Assembly (NCBI GenBank): GCA_046760505.1
Contig: JBHIEG010000041.1
Location: forward strand, 1 to 10,591
Length of the DNA stretch: 10,591 nt
Origin: Candidatus Hydrothermarchaeota archaeon
GTDB taxonomy: Archaea; CAYFZR01
Reading direction: 5' to 3'
Both the position numbers and the translations under genes were made by a program. Under the pieces are notes generated by a model that was not told the origin of the DNA, did not search any database, and saw nothing but the letters and a program-made list of their open reading frames with translations. This document shows positions 1 through 6,793 of the stretch, piece after piece. Positions within the stretch are counted from its first letter, which is position 1. Every line of letters begins with the position of its first letter.

Positions 1-31
1 AAGTAGTGCATTTTTAGTTCTACGTGAGCGT

Positions 32-169
32 ATGCCTGTGGTAACTCGAAAATACCAAGTTATAATTCCTAAGAAGATTCGAAAACTGCTGAACTTATCT
101 ATTGCTGATGAGATAGAATTCATTCCAACCAGCAAGGGAGTACGAGTGGATCAATTGCAAAAACAATAA
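32..169 (+). CDS. Short AbrB/MazE/SpoVT-type DNA-binding protein (45 aa), probably a truncated antitoxin remnant; not in the ORF track
   Basis: My translation from ATG32: MPVVTRKYQVIIPKKIRKLLNLSIADEIEFIPTSKGVRVDQLQKQ*. It matches the AbrB signature and resembles the antitoxin at 2270..2536 (VTSKYQITIPKSIRERMKLRIGDKIIF). It stops right after the DNA-binding domain and no intact toxin follows. Confidence 0.7.
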   Translation: MPVVTRKYQVIIPKKIRKLLNLSIADEIEFIPTSKGVRVDQLQKQ

Positions 170-260
170 TTGTGAATTGGTAATCTACAAGGAAGGACTT
201 CTCCTGGATGAAAGAAGATGTTTTGGAGCCAGAAGAACTTCTAAAATCGCTTGGTTCATA

Positions 261-716
261 TTATTTCATTCTTAAATCCGAAATTCCCGACTCTATCAAA
301 AATTTACTGCATAATTTTAGTACCCATTCCGCCTCTTCTATTGTAGAGGAGGCCGTACCCTCATCAATTATATCATAGGGATCTATCCAAACGCCTTCGA
401 CTTCTAATCCATATTCGGACTTTACTCTTTGATCTGCAAGTTTATTCACAATCCTCCCTAATTTTGGAATCTCTTCTTTGAACCATTCTGGCATCTCTTT
501 TTCCGTCATAGCCTTTCCCAGTACTCCACTCGTATCATGACTCTTTGGAATCAAGTACCCTAGAGTTAACAAAACAGATTTTGTAGCAAATTCAACACAT
601 CTCTGGCAAGAAAAGACACAATCGGGGTATCTTCCAGCCTTGAAATCATCTATTGCAGATGAAAATGCATCTTCTGCCTTCTTTATTAGTGATACTGCTC
701 TTCTCGTATTTATCAA
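261..716 (-). CDS. HEPN domain protein (COG2250-like), partner of the upstream MNT
   Basis: Pattern 'A..DF..GRY...VFSCQRCVEFATKSVL', 'PKSHD', 'RVKSEYG' and 'IEEAEWVL' is typical of this HEPN subfamily. The TTG start overlaps the MNT stop (TTGA, 716-713). Confidence 0.88.
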   Translation of the reverse strand: MINTRRAVSLIKKAEDAFSSAIDDFKAGRYPDCVFSCQRCVEFATKSVLLTLGYLIPKSHDTSGVLGKAMTEKEMPEWFKEEIPKLGRIVNKLADQRVKSEYGLEVEGVWIDPYDIIDEGTASSTIEEAEWVLKLCSKFLIESGISDLRMK

Positions 717-1165
717 AGTTCTATTTCTCCTGCTCTCTTCATTTTGGGTTTAAGATTCCAGTAAATCGTTCCGTCAGGAAGTTTTTCTTTTTTTGCTCCC
801 AATTCTTCCAATTTTCTCCTTACTTCTTCTAATTTTTTCTTCATGAATTCTCCTCGATCATATAGGATCTGACCTTCAGAAACCATGTCAAGGTAGAAGG
901 GTTGCGTAACCTTCGCCTCTTTTCTTGTTAGAAATATTGGAGAGATTGTTATTCCATGTTTTAGGTTAAACACACTCACGATTTCGGAGGTAAGTTCAGA
1001 TCTGATCATTTGATTCTCTGGAAGATTATCTAAAACGACCAAAAGGTCTATATCGCTATCCCATGTATGCTTATCCGTAGTGTACGAGCCAAACAATACA
1101 ACAGAAACCAGATCGCTCCCAAAATTCCTTCTCAAAAGCCCTATAAATTTGTTGATTAATTCCAT
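713..1165 (-). CDS. Minimal nucleotidyltransferase (MNT, Pol-beta superfamily) antitoxin
   Basis: VVLFGS-x10-DID LLVV catalytic motif, 'EGQILYD', and 4-nt overlap with the HEPN gene. Confidence 0.92.
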   Translation of the reverse strand: MELINKFIGLLRRNFGSDLVSVVLFGSYTTDKHTWDSDIDLLVVLDNLPENQMIRSELTSEIVSVFNLKHGITISPIFLTRKEAKVTQPFYLDMVSEGQILYDRGEFMKKKLEEVRRKLEELGAKKEKLPDGTIYWNLKPKMKRAGEIEL

Positions 1166-1184
1166 GATTATAGGTTGATGGTTA

Positions 1185-1200
1185 CATAATAAATTTTTTC
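1185..1200 (-). promoter_or_regulatory. Putative archaeal BRE/TATA promoter for a leaderless MNT-HEPN transcript
   Basis: Minus strand reads GAAAAAATTTATTATG. The TATA-like box lies about 22-28 nt upstream of ATG1165 and there is no SD. Confidence 0.5.
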
Positions 1201-1212
1201 TTTTCTAAATCT

Positions 1213-1626
1213 TTACATCATATCCATCAGGATTTGTTTTTCTAGCGGTTTGAAGTCCAGATAGTCTCTCCATACCTCTTCAATAAAATTGAATCTTCTT
1301 TCTTCGTCTCTGCTAAGTATAACCTCTCCTTTCGTAATCTCGTATTTTAATCCTAGTGGAGCGTAGTTTAATACTTTTACATCTACTGGAAACCTGATAC
1401 TTTTTTCTAGAATAATTGAGAGATCTATTTCATAATCAAGGCAATTTTCTTTCTTAACTTTCTCTTCATCTACGAATACTGCTATGTCTATATCTCTGAA
1501 TCCATAATCTTCGAGAAAACTTCCATGGATGTAGGCGAATATTATTTCATCTCTTTTTTCAATAAGATCCCTTAGGCTATTCTTTATTTTCTTCATCTTG
1601 TTTTTTGAAACATGAATTCTTTTCAT
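1213..1626 (-). CDS. mntA: MntA-type adenylyltransferase antitoxin (type VII TA-like MNT)
   Basis: 'IIFAYIHGSF...FRDIDIAVFV', 'PVDVKVLNYAP..LKYEI.KG.VI' and 'DYLDFKP' are characteristic of MNTs paired with DUF86/HepT. Confidence 0.85.
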   Translation of the reverse strand: MKRIHVSKNKMKKIKNSLRDLIEKRDEIIFAYIHGSFLEDYGFRDIDIAVFVDEEKVKKENCLDYEIDLSIILEKSIRFPVDVKVLNYAPLGLKYEITKGEVILSRDEERRFNFIEEVWRDYLDFKPLEKQILMDMM

Positions 1627-1812
1627 TATTTTTTCTCCAAAAAAACCTTTATTGGATTAGCCTGTATTTTGCGGATCGCAGGTATTAGGATCAGATATAA
1701 ACTCATCTTTTCCTATGGATGCAAGTGATCTGAGTCCGTTTATGGCTCTTTTGATCTCTTCTACTCTTCTCTTTACAAGGCTAATGTTTAATTCCAATCT
1801 TATACCTCTCAT
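1626..1812 (-). pseudogene. HepT/DUF86 ribonuclease toxin pseudogene (frameshift plus large internal deletion)
   Basis: From ATG1812 (or TTG1797 after GAGGT): MRGIRLELNISLVKRRVEEIKRAINGLRSLASIGKDEFISDPNT, in-frame stop at 1659-1657. RSAKYRLIQ follows in a shifted frame, then IKVFLEKK* in the third frame, whose TAA overlaps the mntA ATG (TAATG). No RxxxxH segment remains. Confidence 0.72.
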
Positions 1813-1850
1813 TAATTTGTTTTCGATCCTTAAAAATATTTTTACGGTAT

Positions 1851-2270
1851 TTATTCAACTAAAGGTGGTTCTAAGCGTGTTATAAAGTTTATACGATCGA
1901 AATGCCTATCGAATGAATATATCTCCCTTATCTTATACTTCTGCATAGTTAGACTATTTAGTGCATCTACATAATCGACGCCTGTTTTAGTAGCAAGTTT
2001 TACCGCATCTAGTGGAAAAAAATCTCCTGGAGTATCGAGTATCTTCAGACCTTTAAGTTCAAAAATTGCCTCTATTAGCTCTTTTATTCTACTCATTTTC
2101 CAGTTGACTGTCTCTAATACCCAAACGATTTCAGCTATAATGATACTTGAAGTTGCACATCGTTCTTTTCCTTCCTCAACCCTTTCAATGAGCGCGCTTG
2201 ATCTTCGATATTTATCCTTAGGCTTGCCTAGCATTTTGTATAAGAACAGGTTTGTGTCAATGAATCTCAT
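1851..2270 (-). CDS. vapC: PIN-domain VapC-family ribonuclease toxin
   Basis: PIN acidic residues present: FIDTN, IIAEIVWVLE, DYVDAL, IYSFDRHFD. One-nt overlap with the upstream antitoxin. Confidence 0.93.
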   Translation of the reverse strand: MRFIDTNLFLYKMLGKPKDKYRRSSALIERVEEGKERCATSSIIIAEIVWVLETVNWKMSRIKELIEAIFELKGLKILDTPGDFFPLDAVKLATKTGVDYVDALNSLTMQKYKIREIYSFDRHFDRINFITRLEPPLVE

Positions 2271-2536
2271 TATTCTAGATCCATCAATCGCTTTGAAGCG
2301 ATTAATTTAGTTATCATGTGTTGGAGCTCAACAGCATCGATTTCTAAGTCTTTTAGAGAGCAATCCAATGTTTCCGAAGGTTTGAGCTCTTTTCCTGCTT
2401 TTTTCATAAATATTTCTCCATTTCTTATGTCAAAAATTATTTTGTCTCCGATTCGAAGCTTCATTCTTTCTCTGATACTTTTTGGAATCGTTATTTGGTA
2501 CTTGGAAGTTACCTTACTAGTCTCCAAAAATATCAC
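2270..2536 (-). CDS. vapB: AbrB/MazE/SpoVT-family antitoxin (VapB); the true start may be TTG at 2527
   Basis: 'SKVTSKYQITIPKSIRERMKLRIGDKIIF' AbrB fold signature, coupled to the PIN gene. An AAGGTGA SD-like sequence precedes TTG2527. Confidence 0.88.
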   Translation of the reverse strand: MIFLETSKVTSKYQITIPKSIRERMKLRIGDKIIFDIRNGEIFMKKAGKELKPSETLDCSLKDLEIDAVELQHMITKLIASKRLMDLE

Positions 2537-2581
2537 CTTACCAATTCTACCTTACTTATTTTTTCTTACTTAAATCTTTTC
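2537..2581 (-). promoter_or_regulatory. vapBC promoter (BRE/TATA) overlapped by three CTTAC repeats in 14-nt phase
   Basis: Minus strand GAAAAGATTTAAGT at 2581-2568. Plus-strand CTTAC starts at 2537, 2551 and 2565; the last two extend to CTTACTTA. Confidence 0.55.
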
Positions 2582-2629
2582 AAGCTTTAATATCCCCGAT
2601 TCTATCAACAACGCAAGGTAAATAAGGCA

Positions 2630-2649
2630 GGAAAATTTTTAAATTTTCC
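2630..2649. promoter_or_regulatory. Perfect 9-bp inverted repeat abutting the wecC start codon; candidate operator
   Basis: GGAAAATTT-TT-AAATTTTCC ends one base before ATG2650. A TAAATA box lies at 2619-2624. Confidence 0.45.
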
Positions 2650-3939
2650 ATGAAAATGAAAAAGATCTGCGTCTTTGGATTAGGATACGTTGGATTACCC
2701 ACGGCAAGCATGCTTGCTACCCATGGATTCGAAGTTCTAGGAGTAGAGATCGATGAAAAAATAATAGAGTGTATAAACAGTGGAAACGCTCATATTGAAG
2801 AACCTGGTTTAAATACTTTGGTTAAGGCTGCTATCTTATCAAAAAAACTCAAGGCATCCAATAAACCGAGCGAAGCAGATGCATTCATGATATGCGTCCC
2901 TACGCCACTGGGTCCTGACAAAAAATCAGATTTAAGTTACGTTAAATCCGCTGCAAGATCAGCCATTCCTTATTTAAGAAAAGAGAACCTTGTCATCCTT
3001 GAGTCTACGGTTCCTCCTAAAACTACCGAAGAAGTTTTGGTTCCTATACTGAGAGAATCCGGACTTGAAATCGGCTCAGAATTGTACGTAGCTTATTGTC
3101 CTGAAAGGGTGATTCCGGGAAGAATAATTGTAGAAATGGTTGAAAATGACAGAATAATTGGAGGAATAAATGAAAAATCAGCATTGATGGCAAAAGAAAT
3201 ATATCAGACTTTTGTAGAAGGAGATATATTTATAACCGATGCTACAACGGCAGAATTTGTGAAATTAATGGAAAATACGTATAGAGATGTTAACATTGCT
3301 CTTGCAAACGAATTTGCTAAAATAGCTGAGAAAATCCATGTTAATGTATGGAATGCAATAGAATTGGCAAACAAACATCCGAGAGTAAATATTCATAAGC
3401 CAGGACCTGGCGTAGGAGGACATTGTATTCCTATCGACCCATGGTTTGTTGTAGAAAAATTTCCCCAAGCAGAGATGATCAAATTGTCTCGGAACATCAA
3501 CGATGAAATGATTTACTATGTATTTGATATGATAAAAGAAACTATTGGAAAAGAAAAAAGAAACATAACTATTTTTGGAGTTGCCTACAAAGGAAACATC
3601 GATGACACAAGAGGATCTCCTGCTAAGAGATTGATCGATATTTTGCTGAGAAAAAATTATAGTGTAAAGATATATGATCCTTTGGTGCGAAAATTTGAAT
3701 TTGAAATCAATGGCTTAGCCGATTCTGTGAAAAACTCGGATTGCATAGTTGTTTTAGCAGATCACGATGAATTTAAAAGAATAAAACTGGAGGAGATAAA
3801 GAAGATTGGCAAGTTAATGAGCGATAAAAATATTATAGATACCAGAAACTGCCTTGATCATGAAATTTGGAAATTAGCAGGGTTTAATGTTAGAATATTG
3901 GGCTCAGGGAAAAGCATAAACTCTGAGAAGTCTCCTTAA
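2650..3939 (+). CDS. wecC: Nucleotide-sugar 6-dehydrogenase, UDP-N-acetyl-D-mannosamine dehydrogenase (WecC) type
   Basis: GLGYVG Rossmann motif, ICVPTP, LESTVPP, CPERVIPG, KLMENTYRDVNIA, HPRVNIHKPGPGVGGHCIPIDP (catalytic Cys) and YKGNIDDTRGSP. Confidence 0.9.
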   Translation: MKMKKICVFGLGYVGLPTASMLATHGFEVLGVEIDEKIIECINSGNAHIEEPGLNTLVKAAILSKKLKASNKPSEADAFMICVPTPLGPDKKSDLSYVKSAARSAIPYLRKENLVILESTVPPKTTEEVLVPILRESGLEIGSELYVAYCPERVIPGRIIVEMVENDRIIGGINEKSALMAKEIYQTFVEGDIFITDATTAEFVKLMENTYRDVNIALANEFAKIAEKIHVNVWNAIELANKHPRVNIHKPGPGVGGHCIPIDPWFVVEKFPQAEMIKLSRNINDEMIYYVFDMIKETIGKEKRNITIFGVAYKGNIDDTRGSPAKRLIDILLRKNYSVKIYDPLVRKFEFEINGLADSVKNSDCIVVLADHDEFKRIKLEEIKKIGKLMSDKNIIDTRNCLDHEIWKLAGFNVRILGSGKSINSEKSP

Positions 3940-3973
3940 ACATTTTCCGAAGCACTCCACATATCTTTTTACC

Positions 3974-4005
3974 TCCTCCAAGATACACAGATACATCTTG
4001 GAGGA
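3974..4005. repeat. Perfect 11-bp inverted repeat between wecC and the ligase gene (terminator, operator or repeat remnant)
   Basis: TCCTCCAAGAT (3974-3984), 10-nt loop, ATCTTGGAGGA (3995-4005). A TATA-like TATTAATATA follows at 4008-4017. Confidence 0.6.
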
Positions 4006-4047
4006 ACTATTAATATAGATGTTCAACACTCTTTACAGATTGATTTT

Positions 4048-5454
4048 ATGAGAGGAGATGTGGGCTTTACCCATGGGATAGAAAAAGAGATCCAAGTAGT
4101 AAAAAAAGATGGCACGCTAGAACAAGATAAAGAGGATAAAGCCATCAGAGATTTTGAAAACATAATGAAATACGTTCCTGATAAGTATAAAGAAATCATA
4201 AATCTTCCTGGAAGTAAGAAAAAAGAAGGATACAGGCAAATATGGCGAGATCAGGGATGGCCAACCCAGTTGGAGATATCCACAAGACCCTGTTTCGATT
4301 TTGTATCTCTTAGAAGTGACTTAGAGAATCTATCTACTATTGTCAGCAAGGCTTGTAAGAAAGCAGATCTATCATTGATCGCGAGTGGGGCAAATCCTAT
4401 ATCTGAGCCTGAAGTGGGAGAGTACTTCGGAGAACACCATCATATAGGTATAGCAAGTGATGAGGAGAAAATATATGTTTATAATATGCTGAGGTGTTTT
4501 ACAGGAGAACTTATTGCCCTTACTGTAAATTCTCCCGTAAGAAAAGGAAGAGCATATACACAAAAAAGTTATAGAATAGGTAACAATCCTGCTGTAGGAC
4601 CTCCCCAAGGGGTTCCATACTTAAGGGAACTGACGGAAGAAGACTTTGGGGCAGATCCAAGACAATTAGATATTACTCCATTTTCCAATTATCCTACGGT
4701 GGAGATAAGGTTCTTTGATGTTCAAACATCCGTGTGCAGAAGCATTGGACTAGCAATAATATTACAGGCTCTGGCTCTAAAGGCAAGAAGATACCTGTAT
4801 AAACGTAAGGAAATACCTGAGATCTCCCAAGATATTATAGAACACAACAGAACTTATGGAATTAGAGCAGGATTAGATGCTGTATTCAGATCGGATAAAG
4901 ATATAGAAAACAGGTTTGCATACCATGGGAAAGGCATAACCAGATTGAGGGCGAGAGAAGCCCTGCATCATATGCTTGAGTTTATTAGACCAGAGATAGG
5001 GGAGTTAACAAAGAATCTATCACAAGATATGATTAAAAAATCTTTAAACCCTATATTTGCGAGTATTTACCCTAAAAATACAACAAAAGACGTGAGAAAT
5101 CAGCAGGGAGGTACATTGGCAGACTGGCAACTCACCCTCCTAAACAATGGCATAGATCATTTGATCGAAGAATTGGCAAATTGGACGTTAAAATCCTCTA
5201 AATTTGGAGTAGATCCCCTTCTGGTAGATAAAGATCCATCTAGAATATTGATGGATTATTTGGGTGTTGCAAAGAAAGAGCTCAGATTCCAGCCCGTGAA
5301 GTTACTCACACCAAAAGAGGTCAAATCAACAAAAGTAAAAAGAGTATACGAAGGAATAGTGGTTGAGCCCCCCAAGGGAGGGCCCATCAAGATTTTTGAC
5401 GTCAGGCCATATCGCTGGACGCTGAGGGTAACTAGAATAAGGCAACTGAGCTGA
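4048..5454 (+). CDS. Carboxylate-amine ligase, glutamate--cysteine ligase family 2 (GCS2/YbdK-like), divergent, with a basic C-terminal extension
   Basis: Ordered motifs THGIEKEIQVV (ExE), QLEISTRPC, LIASGANP, GEHHHIG, LIALTVNSP, SYR, DITP..YPTVEIRFFDVQ and NR..GIR.GLDA follow the GCS2 order. Confidence 0.85.
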   Translation: MRGDVGFTHGIEKEIQVVKKDGTLEQDKEDKAIRDFENIMKYVPDKYKEIINLPGSKKKEGYRQIWRDQGWPTQLEISTRPCFDFVSLRSDLENLSTIVSKACKKADLSLIASGANPISEPEVGEYFGEHHHIGIASDEEKIYVYNMLRCFTGELIALTVNSPVRKGRAYTQKSYRIGNNPAVGPPQGVPYLRELTEEDFGADPRQLDITPFSNYPTVEIRFFDVQTSVCRSIGLAIILQALALKARRYLYKRKEIPEISQDIIEHNRTYGIRAGLDAVFRSDKDIENRFAYHGKGITRLRAREALHHMLEFIRPEIGELTKNLSQDMIKKSLNPIFASIYPKNTTKDVRNQQGGTLADWQLTLLNNGIDHLIEELANWTLKSSKFGVDPLLVDKDPSRILMDYLGVAKKELRFQPVKLLTPKEVKSTKVKRVYEGIVVEPPKGGPIKIFDVRPYRWTLRVTRIRQLS

Positions 5455-6780
5455 CTATTCCTCTTTTTCCTCCTCAACCTCTTCTTCTTCCTCGACCTCT
5501 TCTTCTATTTCATCCTCTAACTCAGCCTCTTCTACAACTTCGACTTCTTCGACCTCTTCCTCTATTTCTTCCTCTGCTGGGGCCTCTGCTTCTTCCTCTA
5601 CCGTGACCTCTTTTTCAACTACAGGTACCCTGGGTCCTACGGTTATCGTAATTCTTTCTCCCATATCTTTGAAAAGTCTTCTGAGTTCTTCAGCATCAGT
5701 TCCGACATACATGGCTGCATTTGTGAGTTCTGAAATCTTTTGTAGTAACGGAATATCAACCTTCCTTGTTGCCTTAACATCTATGCTGCCATCTTCTTTT
5801 CTTTTAATATCGCCTATTGCGACCGTATAGATGAATATCCCTTTTTCTTGTGCTTTTTTTACAGCATCTAGGGGATGAACCTCGCTACCGTATTCAACGC
5901 CGTCCGTGATGAGAACTATGGATTTGAAGGAATCTTCCTTCCCTTCTCTCTCAAATATGTCCACTCCTGCCAAGATAGCATCTCCCATGGCAGTTAATCC
6001 ACCCAGACCCTCTTCCTTTGCGTTCAATAGATAGTCCTTTAACATTGGAAGGGTATCTTCGGTAACTCTGAATAGCATCCTGTTTTCGGTATCTCTTATT
6101 GCTATGGGCTTGTCGGCATAGAGTATGAATCCAACGTGATCTATTTTTCCCTGAATAGCCTTTGATTCGACGAATTGCTCAGCTGCTGCGATAGCAGCGT
6201 CCAATCTATTTTCGATTCCTTTCTCGAGATCTTTATAATCGTCGGTTATCATACTCGTGGAGAAATCTATGCAGATAACCGTATCTGCTACCTCAGGCTG
6301 TGTTGTAACTAAGAACTCAGTGTCTGGAAGCGGTATAGCTACTGCATCGCCACAATCCGGCTCAGTACTATCTAGCTGCACCTTTATATCTTCAGGGAGA
6401 ACCACAAACTGATTCTTAAGGAAAGGTCTCTCCCTCAAAATTTCGTACAAAGATGGTAACATGTTCACTTTCTTTCCATCTAATGCTGTGGCAGTAGATA
6501 TGTATCCTCTTTCGATCTCAACCGTCTTTTCAGCCTTGTAGACTTGTACTTCGTCTCCTTCATCAAGTAACCCGAGAACGTCTAGTATATCTGCGCCCAG
6601 TCCGATTTCTTTCTCCGAGACGTCACCTGGCTTTGCCTTGTATACTGCTTTTCCTCCTGGAGACTCAGCTATTACATAATCTCCCTCGCTTATTCCCAGA
6701 TCTTCCATGGTTGCTTGGTTGAGATATGCCTCTGGTTTGTACAACAGTTCTCTGAATATCTTTACATTAAGAATCTTCAT
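5455..6780 (-). CDS. Cdc48/VAT-N-like domain + vWA (MIDAS) domain + Glu-rich C-terminal tail
   Basis: aa ~1-160 carry two LG...GD.V repeats (MEDLGISEGDYV; LDVLGLLDEGDEVQV), then 'ERPFLKNQ...VQLDSTEP...PDTEF'. The vWA has CIDFSTSM, GLTAMGDAI, VLITDG and IYTVAIG. 33 of the last 55 residues are Glu. GGAGGTGA SD precedes the ATG. Confidence 0.85.
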   Translation of the reverse strand: MKILNVKIFRELLYKPEAYLNQATMEDLGISEGDYVIAESPGGKAVYKAKPGDVSEKEIGLGADILDVLGLLDEGDEVQVYKAEKTVEIERGYISTATALDGKKVNMLPSLYEILRERPFLKNQFVVLPEDIKVQLDSTEPDCGDAVAIPLPDTEFLVTTQPEVADTVICIDFSTSMITDDYKDLEKGIENRLDAAIAAAEQFVESKAIQGKIDHVGFILYADKPIAIRDTENRMLFRVTEDTLPMLKDYLLNAKEEGLGGLTAMGDAILAGVDIFEREGKEDSFKSIVLITDGVEYGSEVHPLDAVKKAQEKGIFIYTVAIGDIKRKEDGSIDVKATRKVDIPLLQKISELTNAAMYVGTDAEELRRLFKDMGERITITVGPRVPVVEKEVTVEEEAEAPAEEEIEEEVEEVEVVEEAELEDEIEEEVEEEEEVEEEKEE

Positions 6781-6793
6781 GCTTTCACCTCCT

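Noticed and set aside
170-260. Possible decayed toxin downstream of the short AbrB ORF
   Set aside because: Fragments such as VIYKEGLLLDERR and MKEDVLEPEELLKSLG are too short to assign to a family.
2104-2573. Plus-strand ORFs 2104..2310 and 2316..2573
   Set aside because: Antisense to vapC/vapB with no recognisable features.
4048-5454. Calling the ligase pafA/dop or gshA
   Set aside because: Motifs look closer to GCS2/YbdK than to PafA, I saw no small GGE/GGQ-ending Pup-like ORF, and the substrate cannot be assigned from sequence.
3265-5477. Minus-strand ORFs 3265..3468, 4372..4608 and 5256..5477
   Set aside because: Short shadows inside wecC and the ligase gene.
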